A DNA stretch of 64,000 nt. Source: an uncultured Clostridia bacterium (GTDB lineage Bacteria; Acidobacteriota; Blastocatellia; UBA7656). The translations under genes and the position numbers were made by a program. Shown one piece after another: positions 27,583-37,752 of this stretch. Location: assembly GCA_964615905.1 (NCBI GenBank), contig CAZTUB010000007.1, forward strand, positions 259,043 to 323,042, in the 5' to 3' direction. Under the pieces are notes generated by a model. It did not search any database, had not been told where the DNA came from, and was given only the letters and a program-made list of their open reading frames with translations. Every line of letters starts with the position of its first letter. Positions within the stretch are counted from its first letter, which is position 1.

Positions 27583-28223
27583 CGCGCGGCCGCCAGCGCC
27601 TGCTCGATAAACTGCTCGGCCTCCGATTCGATGATTTCACCCGACACGGTGTAGATGTGGTTGGCCAGCGCGTTCAGCTTGTTCACCTCAAGAATGTCCT
27701 CTCGTTTCAAGATCACATAAAACGGCGTGCCCCATTTTCGCTTGTCGCCGACGGCGCTCCGAAAACGGTAGTGCTGGGACTTCTGGCGGTCGCTCTGCTT
27801 GCTCGTCTCGACCACTACAGGGTAATCGACCCCTATGCGTTTCATATGAACGCGGACTTCTTCGGCGTCCGAATATTCCGAGACGAGTACGACCCCCAAC
27901 CCGCGACTCTTGTACTTGTCGTGCAGCCGCTTTACGATGTGGCCGTTGTTGTTGCTGTTCTCGCACCACCCGGCGATGTAGCCTACTATCACCATACGTT
28001 TGTCTGTAGCAAAGTCGCGGAGGTTCAAGGTCTTGCCGTCAGTCGTCTTGAGCGTAAAACTCGTATAATCCATGAACCGCTCGACGATTGGCGCAGGCTC
28101 CGGGTCGCTCCCCGGCGCTCGCGAGATGGCCGTCCCGGCCAGGATAAAGACCGACAAAAGCAGGGCCGTTACCCTAAAGGTTCGCTCGAACAACTGCTTA
28201 TGGATTTGGATTTGATGCATCAT
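27579..28223 (-). CDS. Thioredoxin-fold (TlpA/redoxin-like) protein with CxxS motif, membrane-anchored
   Basis: N-terminal TM/signal; a GYIAGWCENS motif in the position of the thioredoxin WCxxC; overall redoxin-like length. Confidence 0.45.
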   Translation of the reverse strand: MMHQIQIHKQLFERTFRVTALLLSVFILAGTAISRAPGSDPEPAPIVERFMDYTSFTLKTTDGKTLNLRDFATDKRMVIVGYIAGWCENSNNNGHIVKRLHDKYKSRGLGVVLVSEYSDAEEVRVHMKRIGVDYPVVVETSKQSDRQKSQHYRFRSAVGDKRKWGTPFYVILKREDILEVNKLNALANHIYTVSGEIIESEAEQFIEQALAAAR

Positions 28224-28256
28224 TATGTTTATACTTTACGGGAGCGGTTATAGCTT

Positions 28257-28958
28257 ATGCAAATGTACGGCGACCACAAATTTCCGGGCAAGCTCTTTAT
28301 AGTCGAGGGCATTGACGGCTCCGGCAAATCCACGCAGCTCAGCTTGCTGCGTCAATGGCTCAGGCGCGAAGGCTACATGGTCTTTTTCAGCGAGTGGAAC
28401 TCCTCGCCGCTCGTCAAAGAGACTACTCGACGCGGCAAAAAGAAGCAGATGTTCACGCCGTCAACCTTCTCGCTCATACACTCGACCGATCTGGCGGACC
28501 GCATCGAGCGCCACATCATACCGCCGTTGAAAGCGGGCGCGATAGTTCTTGCCGACCGCTACATCTACACCGCCTTCGCGCGCGACGGCGCTCGCGGGGT
28601 CGGCCCGCAATGGGTTCGCGAGCTTTATCGCTTCGCCGTCAAACCTACAATCGCATTTTACTTTCGCGTGCCGCTCGACGTTTCGCTCAAGCGAATCCTC
28701 GGCGCGCGCGCAGGGCTCAAGTACTACGAAGCGGGGATGGACCTGGGGTTGTCTGACGACATAGAGGAGAGCTTCAAGCTCTTCCAGGGGATGATAAAAG
28801 ACCGCTACGAGGAGATGGTCGACGAATTCGGTCTAACGGTCATCGACGCGACTCAGTCGATTGAGCAGCAGCAGAATCGTGTGCGCGCGATTGTCGAGCA
28901 AGAGTTACAGGGAGTGCCAAAGCACCCGGCCCCCGCGCTTTCGTTTGAAGAGGACTAA
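28257..28958 (+). CDS. Thymidylate kinase-like P-loop kinase (divergent; lacks the canonical REPGGT block)
   Basis: Tmk-type P-loop EGIDGSGKSTQ and the DRY motif (LADRYIYTAFA). First of a tandem pair separated by 6 nt. Confidence 0.55.
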   Translation: MQMYGDHKFPGKLFIVEGIDGSGKSTQLSLLRQWLRREGYMVFFSEWNSSPLVKETTRRGKKKQMFTPSTFSLIHSTDLADRIERHIIPPLKAGAIVLADRYIYTAFARDGARGVGPQWVRELYRFAVKPTIAFYFRVPLDVSLKRILGARAGLKYYEAGMDLGLSDDIEESFKLFQGMIKDRYEEMVDEFGLTVIDATQSIEQQQNRVRAIVEQELQGVPKHPAPALSFEED

Positions 28959-28964
28959 AAGGGT

Positions 28965-29678
28965 TTGGAGAACCGAGCAATCAAACACAGCTTTGAGTTC
29001 TACGGCGAAGGGATCCCCTACGTCGACCTGCAAGAGTTGCAGGGAAGGCTTATCGTGATTGAAGGCCCCGACGGCGTAGGCAGATCCACGCAAGTCTCGC
29101 TGCTGAAGCCCTGGCTCGAATCCAACGGCCATGCGGTGCTCGACACGGGGATGACGAGGTCGGCTCTGGCAGGGAGCGGGATCAAACAGGCCAAGGAAGG
29201 TCTGACGCTTGGGCCAATCTCGCTGACGCTCTTTTATGCGACAGACTTTGCCGACAGGCTTGAGAACCAGATGATCCCCGCGCTGCGCGCAGGCTTCATC
29301 GTTTTGACGGACCGTTACATCTATTCGCTCATCGCGCGAGCCATCGTTCGCGGGGAAGACCCGGAGTGGATCAAGTCCGTTTACGGGTTGGCCCTGAAGC
29401 CTGACGCTATATTTTACCTGCGAGCGAGCGTGACGGATTTGATCCCACGAGTGTTGACCAGCCCCACGGGGTTCGATTACTGGGAGTCGGGGATGGACAT
29501 GCACCTCGGCACGGATTTGTTTGACAGCTTTGTCGAGTACCAGCAGCGCATGCTCGCGGTCTTCGACTCTATGATAGACGAGTACGGGTTTGAGGTGATC
29601 GACGCCGCTCAGCAGCCGGACAACATCTACAGATCATTACAGAGGCGCATCGGCCGTCTTCTCAGAGAGACTTACTGA
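28965..29678 (+). CDS. Thymidylate kinase-like P-loop kinase, paralog 2
   Basis: IEGPDGVGRSTQ P-loop and the DRY motif (LTDRYIYSLIA); colinear with the upstream paralog. Confidence 0.55.
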   Translation: MENRAIKHSFEFYGEGIPYVDLQELQGRLIVIEGPDGVGRSTQVSLLKPWLESNGHAVLDTGMTRSALAGSGIKQAKEGLTLGPISLTLFYATDFADRLENQMIPALRAGFIVLTDRYIYSLIARAIVRGEDPEWIKSVYGLALKPDAIFYLRASVTDLIPRVLTSPTGFDYWESGMDMHLGTDLFDSFVEYQQRMLAVFDSMIDEYGFEVIDAAQQPDNIYRSLQRRIGRLLRETY

Positions 29679-29681
29679 CCG

Positions 29682-30923
29682 CTATTCATACCGCAGCGCT
29701 TCGATTGGGTCGAGGCGCGCGGCCTTCATCGCAGGCCAGAGCCCGAAAATCAACCCTATCCCGGCCGAGACCGAGAGCCCGACAACCGGAGCCCACGTCG
29801 GCACATAGACCGGAAGGATCAGGTTTACGGCCAGGCTCAAGAGCCACCCTAGCGTGATTCCTAGCAGCCCGCCCGCGCCTGTCAACGCCATCGCCTCGAT
29901 CAGGAATTGACGCATTATGTCGCGGCGGCGAGCGCCTATGGCCTTCCGTATGCCTATCTCTTTCGTGCGCTCCGTGACGGAGACGAGCATGATGTTCATC
30001 ACGCCTATCCCCCCGATCAGAAGACCCACGCTTGATATGGCCACCATCAAGATGGCGATCCCGCCCGTGATCTGATGGAACTGTTCGCTCATGGCATCGG
30101 GGCTCGACAGGCCAAAGTTGTCCGGCTTCTCATAAGGCACTTCACGACGGCGACGAAGCACCTGCCTGATCTCGTCCATGGCGACGGACATCTTGCCTTC
30201 GGCAGCCTGGGCCATGACGAAGTGATCTTTTTCTTGCGGGTACATCTTTCGGATGGTCCCGTATGGAACGTAAACGGCGCGGTTCTGGTTGCCGCCGTCG
30301 TTTTCGTCCATGAAGAAGTTGTCCTGCTTGGCAAGAACGCCGATCACCCTGAGCGGCTTATCGTCTACGAGTATCTCTTTATCAAGCGCGCCGACGTGCG
30401 GGAAGAACTTCTCGGCGATGTCGCCGCCGATCACCGCTATGGGCTCGCGCCGCTGGTTTTCGGTCTCGGTAAAGAAACGGCCTTCGGCTACTTCGACCGA
30501 CGCCATGCGCTCGTATTCGGGAAGCGTGCCCTGCACCTGCGTAACATAGAGCTCGTCATTTTGATACCGGACCTTTGCAACATTGTCCGGGCCGAGGAAG
30601 GGGGCGACATATGTGACCGACGGGCATTGTTCTTTTATCGCCATCGCGTCTTCATAGCTGATAGGCTTTCGCATGCGCTCTTCTGCGGTGAGGTTGCCCA
30701 TGCGAATCCCCGGCTCGAATTTATATATGAAGATCGTGTTGGTCCCGAAGACCTGTATCTCCTGCGTGAATTTATGGTCGAGCCCGGCGATGAAAGAGGC
30801 GATCACCATCACGGTCACGGTCCCTATGACGACGCCGAGCACGGTCAGAAACGAGCGGAACTTGTTCGCCCTGAGCGTCGACAGCGCCATCCTCAAGCTC
30901 TCGCCTATATCCTGTCTTTTCAT
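29682..30923 (-). CDS. ABC transporter permease, MacB/FtsX-type (MacB periplasmic core domain plus FtsX C-terminal domain)
   Basis: N-terminal TM helix, large periplasmic domain, and a C-terminal 3-TM FtsX-like region with ...ERTKEIGIRKAIGARRRDI.. and ...FGLWPAMKAARLDPIEALRYE. Confidence 0.8.
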   Translation of the reverse strand: MKRQDIGESLRMALSTLRANKFRSFLTVLGVVIGTVTVMVIASFIAGLDHKFTQEIQVFGTNTIFIYKFEPGIRMGNLTAEERMRKPISYEDAMAIKEQCPSVTYVAPFLGPDNVAKVRYQNDELYVTQVQGTLPEYERMASVEVAEGRFFTETENQRREPIAVIGGDIAEKFFPHVGALDKEILVDDKPLRVIGVLAKQDNFFMDENDGGNQNRAVYVPYGTIRKMYPQEKDHFVMAQAAEGKMSVAMDEIRQVLRRRREVPYEKPDNFGLSSPDAMSEQFHQITGGIAILMVAISSVGLLIGGIGVMNIMLVSVTERTKEIGIRKAIGARRRDIMRQFLIEAMALTGAGGLLGITLGWLLSLAVNLILPVYVPTWAPVVGLSVSAGIGLIFGLWPAMKAARLDPIEALRYE

Positions 30924-30941
30924 AGTCGTACTACCTCGCCG

Positions 30942-32162
30942 CTAGTCAGCCCTGAGCGCCTCTATGGGATCGAGCTTTGCCGCCTTCCACGCCGGGTAGA
31001 TGCCGAAGAAGAGCCCTATACCCCCTGAAACCGAAAGCGCCATGATCGTCCAAAAGATAGGCAGCGCGGTCGGGAGCGAAAAGAGCGCTGTGGCCAGCTG
31101 GCCGATACCGTAGGCAAGCGCCACGCCGACCAGACCGCCGAACAGCGAGAGCACCGTCGATTCGGCCAGAAACTGGCTGAGTATGTCGCGGCGGCGAGCG
31201 CCTAGCGACTTGCGTATGCCGATCTCGCGCGTGCGCTCGGTCACCGTGACAAGCATCATGTTCATGATGACTATGCCGCCGACGATCAACGCAATCGAAG
31301 TGACGCCGACTGTCACCACAGAGATCGTCCCGAATATCTGTTCCCGCAAATTGTTTATGGCATCGCCCGTGATAATTCCGAAATTGTCGGGGTCGTTATA
31401 TTTCAAATGCCTTCTCGCGCGAAGAATGACGCGGACCTCGTCCTGTGCCTTCTCAATCGTGTCGGGCCCGGTGGCCGCGACCTTGAGCGAGACAGACCCG
31501 CGAGAGCCGTAAATCTTCTGGAAGGTCGAGATAGGGATTATTATGAAGTTGTCTTGCGGGTTGCCGAATACAGTGCCTATCTCTTGAGCGATGCCGACTA
31601 TCCTGAACATCCGCCCGTCGACCTTTATCTCTTTACCGATTGGGTCTTCGCCGGGGAAGAATTGGTTGACGACCTCATACCCGACGAAACAGACCTCGCG
31701 GCTCCGCTCTTCTTCCGAGAAGTTTATGTAGCGGCCCTGACCTACTTTGATCGTGTCGATGTCGATCATGTTATGCGTCACGCCGCGCAGCGAAATGTCC
31801 TGAAGAATGCGCGTGTCGTATTTCGCGCTGACCCTGCGAAATGCAATGGCCCCGGCATCGCGGACGTAGAAAGGCTTCTCTTTGATCGCGTGAAGGTCTT
31901 CGAGCTTGATGTCCTTGTTCCTCTTGCTCTTTTCTATCCACTCTTCGAGGCTTGTGATCATGCCCATCTTGTTAACGACGAAAGCATTCGAGCCGAGGTT
32001 GGCGATCTTTTCGTCAACGTATTTGTTGAACCCCTCGATAAGAGAGACGACCACGATCACCGTCGCCACGCCGAAGATGATGCCGAGCAGCGTCAGAAAC
32101 GACCTCAGCTTGTGTGCCCCTATGGCACTCAGCGCCAGACTTATTGCTTCCCCGTATTTCAT
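30942..32162 (-). CDS. ABC transporter permease, MacB/FtsX-type (tandem paralog)
   Basis: Same architecture; ERTREIGIRKSLGARRRDIL... and ...PAWKAAKLDPIEALRAD. Confidence 0.8.
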   Translation of the reverse strand: MKYGEAISLALSAIGAHKLRSFLTLLGIIFGVATVIVVVSLIEGFNKYVDEKIANLGSNAFVVNKMGMITSLEEWIEKSKRNKDIKLEDLHAIKEKPFYVRDAGAIAFRRVSAKYDTRILQDISLRGVTHNMIDIDTIKVGQGRYINFSEEERSREVCFVGYEVVNQFFPGEDPIGKEIKVDGRMFRIVGIAQEIGTVFGNPQDNFIIIPISTFQKIYGSRGSVSLKVAATGPDTIEKAQDEVRVILRARRHLKYNDPDNFGIITGDAINNLREQIFGTISVVTVGVTSIALIVGGIVIMNMMLVTVTERTREIGIRKSLGARRRDILSQFLAESTVLSLFGGLVGVALAYGIGQLATALFSLPTALPIFWTIMALSVSGGIGLFFGIYPAWKAAKLDPIEALRAD

Positions 32163-32404
32163 AGTTTTTAGTCCGCAACTTACTGCAGGCAGCGTCGCCG
32201 TTCGCCACCTTATAAAACGAGATTCCCTGTAATAAGTTCGTGGAAACTATGCCGGTCGTCGAGCCTTGCTGATTGACCCGCTCGCTTCGTATTTTGAGGA
32301 TGTACAGCGGAGAGTCAGGGGCGAATTATCGAGTTGCCGGTCATATTTTACGACAACCCGAAACCGTGGATTCAAGCCCAGAGTTCGGAAGCGCCGCCCG
32401 GAGC

Positions 32405-33550
32405 TTACTCGTCGCGCCGTCTCTGTGAGGCTTGCAATTGAGCAGCGCGGCGACGCAGGGCGCGAGCCATGCGCTGCGAGGTGATGGTAATCGACCTGGG
32501 CACGTTGACTGGGAAGAGTCGCGCGATCAGCGTCTGCTTCTTCTTGTTCAGGTGCGCGGCGGCTTGAAGCATTCGAGCCGATTCGGCGAGATGCTCTTTT
32601 ATGAACTTCCTGCGGTAGACTATCGTGATGATCTCTTCTTCCAGCGCTTCGAGATCGTGCCAGTCGCCTATGCGGTCCTGTAGCGTTCTGAGCGGGACGA
32701 GCGCGCGAGATGCGTCGCCGTGGCCAAGCTCCGAGACTATTTCGAGCAGATACCTCAAACGCTTTGCGGCGATCCTCAACTGGTGAAACTCGGCCGGGTC
32801 TGTGGTGGCGTGTGATTGGGCGGCCAGCGCCTGAAATTCCGCGAGCCTCTGTTCCAATCTCTCGGCGGCACGCGTTATTATCGCTGCTTCATCGTCGAGC
32901 GCGTCAGTCTTTGTCTTAACTGATGAGGACTCTTCGCCAGTCCCTGTGTTTGCGCCAGGAGACTCGTGCCCCTGCGGCTGGTCTAAAGCCGCATCTGAGA
33001 CAGATGTATCAGGTTCAGCTTCGATGTCTTCGGGGGAGGCAATCGCGTCAGCAACTTCACCGGCAGGTTCAACCGAGAGGCCGAGTTTCGAGGCGATCTT
33101 GCCGGTGCTCCTACGTTCGAGATATTTGCGAATCTTTGCGGCCCGGCTCTCCCGGCGTTCCTGGAGCCGCGCGATTAGCGATTCAAATTGCTGCTTTGAC
33201 CTCCGCGAGCCCGTCTCTTTTTCAAGCAATTCCAAAAACACGTCATAGTTGCGCACTTCCGACAGCCTCTGCCGCCATTCGCGCAGATTGCGTTTTAGCT
33301 TGCGAGCCTTTAGCGGGTCGGCCCTTGTCTGGAGTAGATCGAGCGATGCTTGCAGACGCCGGGTGGTAACACGCATCTTGTGTATGCTGTCGACGGAGCC
33401 GCTTTCGAGCACGCTCGCGCGATGCTTTTGAAGCGTCTGAAGTTGAGAGGCGATTATATCTCGAAGCGTGCGGGCCCCGGCTTCGGGCTGAGCGATGGGT
33501 TCTTCCACCGCCGTTTCGGTCTTTACGTTTTCAGTCACCTGCACCACCAT
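32405..33550 (-). CDS. CHAD domain-containing protein with an internal acidic low-complexity insert
   Basis: Conserved CHAD helices HKMRVTTRRLQASLDLL and HQLRIAAKRLRYLLEIV; an Asp/Glu/Ser-rich insert lies between them. Confidence 0.6.
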   Translation of the reverse strand: MVVQVTENVKTETAVEEPIAQPEAGARTLRDIIASQLQTLQKHRASVLESGSVDSIHKMRVTTRRLQASLDLLQTRADPLKARKLKRNLREWRQRLSEVRNYDVFLELLEKETGSRRSKQQFESLIARLQERRESRAAKIRKYLERRSTGKIASKLGLSVEPAGEVADAIASPEDIEAEPDTSVSDAALDQPQGHESPGANTGTGEESSSVKTKTDALDDEAAIITRAAERLEQRLAEFQALAAQSHATTDPAEFHQLRIAAKRLRYLLEIVSELGHGDASRALVPLRTLQDRIGDWHDLEALEEEIITIVYRRKFIKEHLAESARMLQAAAHLNKKKQTLIARLFPVNVPRSITITSQRMARALRRRAAQLQASQRRRDE

Positions 33551-33662
33551 CTATCCGACAAATCTATTCAGTCCTTCTGGGAGATGACAGATTACTATTT
33601 CATCCTTATGAGGGCAATGCTTGTTTGCAGGTTTGTTAAAGGGGTCGGGCCGCCACAGCAGA

Positions 33663-35288
33663 TCAACGTATCTGCCTGTAAAGCCTGATTAGCCGTTCGC
33701 GCGTGTCGGCCTCGCGTATGCTCTTATCCGGTCGCTCGCGCTTGAAACGGGGGATTCGCAGCGCGTACCCTGACGTATAGGCGATCGTCTTCTGTATCCC
33801 CTGGAAATCGACTTCGATCACGGTCGTAGGCTCCATCTCAACATTGTGGCCACGGGTGGTAATGATAGTTGGTTCGAGCCTTGCGGTCAGGTCTTTGAGC
33901 GCCTCTTCCGAGAACCCTGTGCCGACTTTTCCGACGGTCTTGAAGGAGTCTTTGTCACGGATAGCAAGGATCAGGCTCGACAGCAACCCGCGCCGCCGCC
34001 CTGACCCCCAGATGCCGCCGACTATCACAACGTCGAGCGTTTCAAAGGCTGGCTTCAGCTTCATCCACGAGTCGCTGCGCTTTCCCGCCTCGTAAACCGC
34101 GTCAGGGTCCTTAGCCATGAGCCCTTCGTGACCGGCTTCGATTGCCTCTGTGAAAAAGGCCCGCTCCCGGTCGAGCGCCGGGGTCTCAATCGCATGGGTC
34201 ATCTTAACCCGGTTGCTCTCTTTGAAGAGCTTTTTAAGGCGGTCGCGCCTCGCCTTTTGCGGGACGCTTATCAGGTTCTCGCCGTCGTCATAAAGCAGGT
34301 CGAACAGGTAGAGAACGAGCGGTATCTCCTTAGCCTTCTCTTCGATGTCGTGCTTGCGTCCGAGCCTCATCAGCACCGATTGGAAGGGGAGCCTCTTTTG
34401 CAAGCTGGCGTCATAGGCAACCGCCTCTCCCTCCAGTATTGCGTCACCGCCCTTCCAGGCTTTTTCAATCGCCCTGACCAGGTCGGGCATGCTCGCTGTG
34501 TCGTCATTCAGCTTGCGCGAGTAGAGCTTGATATTCACGCCGCGCTTGATATGAATCTGTAATCTCGCGCCGTCATACTTGATCTCGAATATGACGGTCT
34601 TGCCCTCGAACCGCTTAAAGACCTCCTGCGGGTCGTCTTGCTTGTGAGCGGTCATGAACTGGTACGGGCGAAACAACCGCAACCCCGCGCGCCGCAGGCT
34701 AGCCCGGCCGCGCTGCGCGCGAGTAGCCGCAAGCCCGATGTCGTTGCTCAACGCATAGAGCCGTTGAACCTGGTCTGCGTCGACATCAAATGCTTCGGCA
34801 AGCGCCCTGATGAGCGTGTCCGTTCCCACGCCGATGCGCATCTGGTTCAAGACCATCCGTGTAAAATACTTCGCGCCCGCTGGCGTCGTGTTGGCAAATA
34901 CGCGCTCGATTAACTCCTGCCGGTCCTCGTCGCGGGTTGCCGTCTGGTTTGTGAGCCTCCATAACTCCGCGACTTCAATTCTGTCTTTGCCGCGAAAGAG
35001 TCGCGCGGCCACTTCGCCCATATCGCCCGACTCTTTGACCGCCTCGTCGACCTCCTGCGCGTCTCGTCCCGAAAGCCACGCGATTGCGTTGCGAATAGCC
35101 CCCGGTCCGATTCCGAGACGCTCGCTGAGCGTTGGCGCGACGACCTCGCCCACCGTAAAATGCGCAATCGCTTCGAGCGTCTTTTCATCGCTCTGGCGAA
35201 ACAGCTGTGTTAACAGAGGCGCTTTTCGAAATTCGCCCTGCGACTGGCTGATCTTGTCGTAAGTTTGTGCAAGTTTGGAAAGTTTCAT
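33663..35288 (-). CDS. ATP-dependent DNA ligase
   Basis: Motif I with the active-site lysine in EIKYDGARLQIH; adenylation and OB-fold domain pattern; ~540 aa. Confidence 0.9.
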   Translation of the reverse strand: MKLSKLAQTYDKISQSQGEFRKAPLLTQLFRQSDEKTLEAIAHFTVGEVVAPTLSERLGIGPGAIRNAIAWLSGRDAQEVDEAVKESGDMGEVAARLFRGKDRIEVAELWRLTNQTATRDEDRQELIERVFANTTPAGAKYFTRMVLNQMRIGVGTDTLIRALAEAFDVDADQVQRLYALSNDIGLAATRAQRGRASLRRAGLRLFRPYQFMTAHKQDDPQEVFKRFEGKTVIFEIKYDGARLQIHIKRGVNIKLYSRKLNDDTASMPDLVRAIEKAWKGGDAILEGEAVAYDASLQKRLPFQSVLMRLGRKHDIEEKAKEIPLVLYLFDLLYDDGENLISVPQKARRDRLKKLFKESNRVKMTHAIETPALDRERAFFTEAIEAGHEGLMAKDPDAVYEAGKRSDSWMKLKPAFETLDVVIVGGIWGSGRRRGLLSSLILAIRDKDSFKTVGKVGTGFSEEALKDLTARLEPTIITTRGHNVEMEPTTVIEVDFQGIQKTIAYTSGYALRIPRFKRERPDKSIREADTRERLIRLYRQIR

Positions 35289-35387
35289 AGCAAGTTAGTC
35301 ACAATCCATAACGAAAAGAAGCCCTTTCTTGCTCAAATTCTGTGTCTGCAATTTGCAAGCCTGTAATATAGACAGGGAGGGATGAGA

Positions 35388-35957
35388 ATGACGAAATCCG
35401 AGAAGGCGAAAAGGCTGGCCGAGCTGGCCGAGCAGATAAAGGTTTGCGTAAAGTGCCCGCTACACGAATCCCGAACGCTTGCGGTGCCGGGCGACGGCAA
35501 GCCGGGCGCGAAGGTGATGATTGTGGCGGAAGCACCCGGCAAAGAAGAAGACCTGACTGGTCACCCGTTCGTAGGGGCGAGCGGGAAGTTCTTGAACTCC
35601 GTTATGGAAGGGAGCGGTCTTGACCGTGGCGATTTCTTTATAACCAACACGGTGAAATGTCGCCCGCCAAAAAACCGGACTCCAAAGCGGAACGAGATCG
35701 AAACCTGCACGACCAACTATCTCTTCGAGCAGATTGAGCTGGTAAACCCGAAGCTCCTGATGTTGCTGGGCGGAGTGGCGGCCAAAAGAGTGCTTGGCAT
35801 AAAGACCATCAATGAGGCGAGAGGCCAGGTGATCGAGCGAGACGGGCGCAAGCACATAGTCGGCTACCACCCGGCGGTTCGCTTCTACCGGGAAGACCTG
35901 AAACAGAAAGTCTACGAGGATTTTGAGCTGCTCAAACAAGAGATCGAAAAACTGTAA
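35388..35957 (+). CDS. Uracil-DNA glycosylase, family 4
   Basis: The 4Fe-4S Cys pattern CVKCPLH and the family-4 motifs GEAPGKEEDLTGHPFVGASG and TNTVKCRPP. Start at the second ATG, with GGGAGGG 6 nt upstream. Confidence 0.9.
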   Translation: MTKSEKAKRLAELAEQIKVCVKCPLHESRTLAVPGDGKPGAKVMIVAEAPGKEEDLTGHPFVGASGKFLNSVMEGSGLDRGDFFITNTVKCRPPKNRTPKRNEIETCTTNYLFEQIELVNPKLLMLLGGVAAKRVLGIKTINEARGQVIERDGRKHIVGYHPAVRFYREDLKQKVYEDFELLKQEIEKL

Positions 35958-36093
35958 GGGCGAATAGCGGTTAGCTATTCCAATTGCCCTGGCCCCTGCC
36001 CGACAGCGACCCATCAGTCATCTCGCAGGCGAGACACCGGCATTTTGGTTATACTGTCAAAGGCGACCTCTATCGGCATGAATTGAATGAGAG

Positions 36094-37671
36094 ATGGAAA
36101 TACTCAAACTCGACATCGAAGCGCAGGAAGCAGCCCCGTTATCCGAACAGGAGGTCGGGTTTCAAGTAGGATTGCTCGCCGCGCTCGCCTGTGTGCTCGC
36201 GAGCTTCGTTGTCCGCTTTGTCTTCGACGGGCCACTGGTCCCGGAGTTGATGGCGCAGTTTATCTTCTCTGTCGCGCCAATCTCTGTGGTCGAGGTGGCG
36301 GTCGGTCTTCTCGGCCCGTTTGCAAAGCGGCTGGCCTTTCTCGGCTGCGTTGTCGTTTACGCAATCGCGCTTGCGGCGGCTGCCATTGCGTTTCTCAGGA
36401 TTCAAAAAAAGAGAGCCAGGGCCGTTGATGAGCGTCTCGCCCTCGCGCTCTTTTCGTCAGCAGCATACGCAGTAACTCTCTTTGTCATCCTTCCACTTCT
36501 CGGCGGCGGACTTTCGGGCCGGTACCTTCGACAGGGCGCTGCCTCGACCGCTGTGTCGTTCGCGTTTGTCTATGCCGCATACGGCGCGGCGCTCTACGTT
36601 ATCAAAAGATTTTATGAGGCCAGACCTGAAACGGCGGTAGCTAACAGCCACAGGCTCAGCCGTCGCGGCGTCATGCGCGGAGTCGCCTACGCCGTCGTAG
36701 CCGTGGCAGCCTATGACATAGGCCGCTCGTTGCTCAAAGACTGGTGGCGAAGGGGCGCGGGGCGCGTGCGCGGCGGCACCGGAATCTTTCCTGAGATCGA
36801 CAACCTCGCGCTTGAGGTCACCCCCACCAAGGATTTTTACGAAGTCTCGAAAAACCCTTTTGACCCGCAGGTGGACGCTGCGCGATGGCTATTGGAGATC
36901 GCCGGCAATATAGATTCGCCCTACTCACTAAGTCTTGACGAGCTTAAAGGACTGCCGTCAATCGAGCAATATGCGACGCTCGAATGCATAGATAACAAGG
37001 TCGGCGGCGAGTTAATAGGCAATGCGCTCTGGCGCGGCGTCAGGTTGAAAGATTTACTCGCAAAGGCTGGATTAAAAGAGGGCGTCGTGGACATTATCTT
37101 TCGCGCGAGCGACGATTACGCCGATTCGATACCGCTGGACCGCGCGCTCGCAGAATCCACCCTGCTCGCATACGAGATGAACGGCGAACCGCTCAACGCC
37201 GCGCACGGCTATCCGCTCAGGCTCATAGTCCCAGGCATATTCGGCATGAAGAACGTCAAATGGATAAAAAGGATCGAGGCCGTCAATTATGACTTCAAGG
37301 GATACTGGCAGCGGCGCGGCTGGGATGATCGCGCGCCTTACAAAACCATGTCGCGCATCGACGCGCCGCAGGGTAAAGCCAGCCGTGGTATCACCATTGC
37401 CGGAATCGCATTCGCGGGTGACAGGGGCGTGTCGAAAGTCGAGGTCTCAATCGACGGCGGAAAGACCTGGGCCGACGCAGAGATTAAAGAATCGCTCTCG
37501 CCCTATTGCTGGGTGCTATGGCATAAACAACTGGATTCGCTCGAACCGGGCGAAAGGGTGATCGTCGTCAGAGCAACAGACGGCACAGGCGAGACTCAGA
37601 CTGCGCGCCGCGCGCCTGCTGCGCCCGACGGCACTTCCGGCCATCACAGCGTGACCGTAGAGATCGCCTGA
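36094..37671 (+). CDS. Membrane-anchored molybdopterin-dependent oxidoreductase (sulfite-oxidase family) with C-terminal Ig-like domain
   Basis: N-terminal multi-TM region; a Mo-co binding block (YPLRLIVPGIFGMKNVKWIKRIE); a C-terminal dimerisation/Ig-like segment. Confidence 0.7.
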   Translation: MEILKLDIEAQEAAPLSEQEVGFQVGLLAALACVLASFVVRFVFDGPLVPELMAQFIFSVAPISVVEVAVGLLGPFAKRLAFLGCVVVYAIALAAAAIAFLRIQKKRARAVDERLALALFSSAAYAVTLFVILPLLGGGLSGRYLRQGAASTAVSFAFVYAAYGAALYVIKRFYEARPETAVANSHRLSRRGVMRGVAYAVVAVAAYDIGRSLLKDWWRRGAGRVRGGTGIFPEIDNLALEVTPTKDFYEVSKNPFDPQVDAARWLLEIAGNIDSPYSLSLDELKGLPSIEQYATLECIDNKVGGELIGNALWRGVRLKDLLAKAGLKEGVVDIIFRASDDYADSIPLDRALAESTLLAYEMNGEPLNAAHGYPLRLIVPGIFGMKNVKWIKRIEAVNYDFKGYWQRRGWDDRAPYKTMSRIDAPQGKASRGITIAGIAFAGDRGVSKVEVSIDGGKTWADAEIKESLSPYCWVLWHKQLDSLEPGERVIVVRATDGTGETQTARRAPAAPDGTSGHHSVTVEIA

Positions 37672-37752
37672 CCCGCGCGCAAAAATCGACTTGGCTTCCA
37701 GCCCACTTTATATCTATATTTCTGGGCGCAACTGCCTCGCCTTTTCGAAAAA

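Noticed and set aside
37672-37752. Possible cobalamin riboswitch upstream of the chelatase operon
   Set aside because: The leader is only ~80 nt and lacks the B12-box/GCCACTG core.
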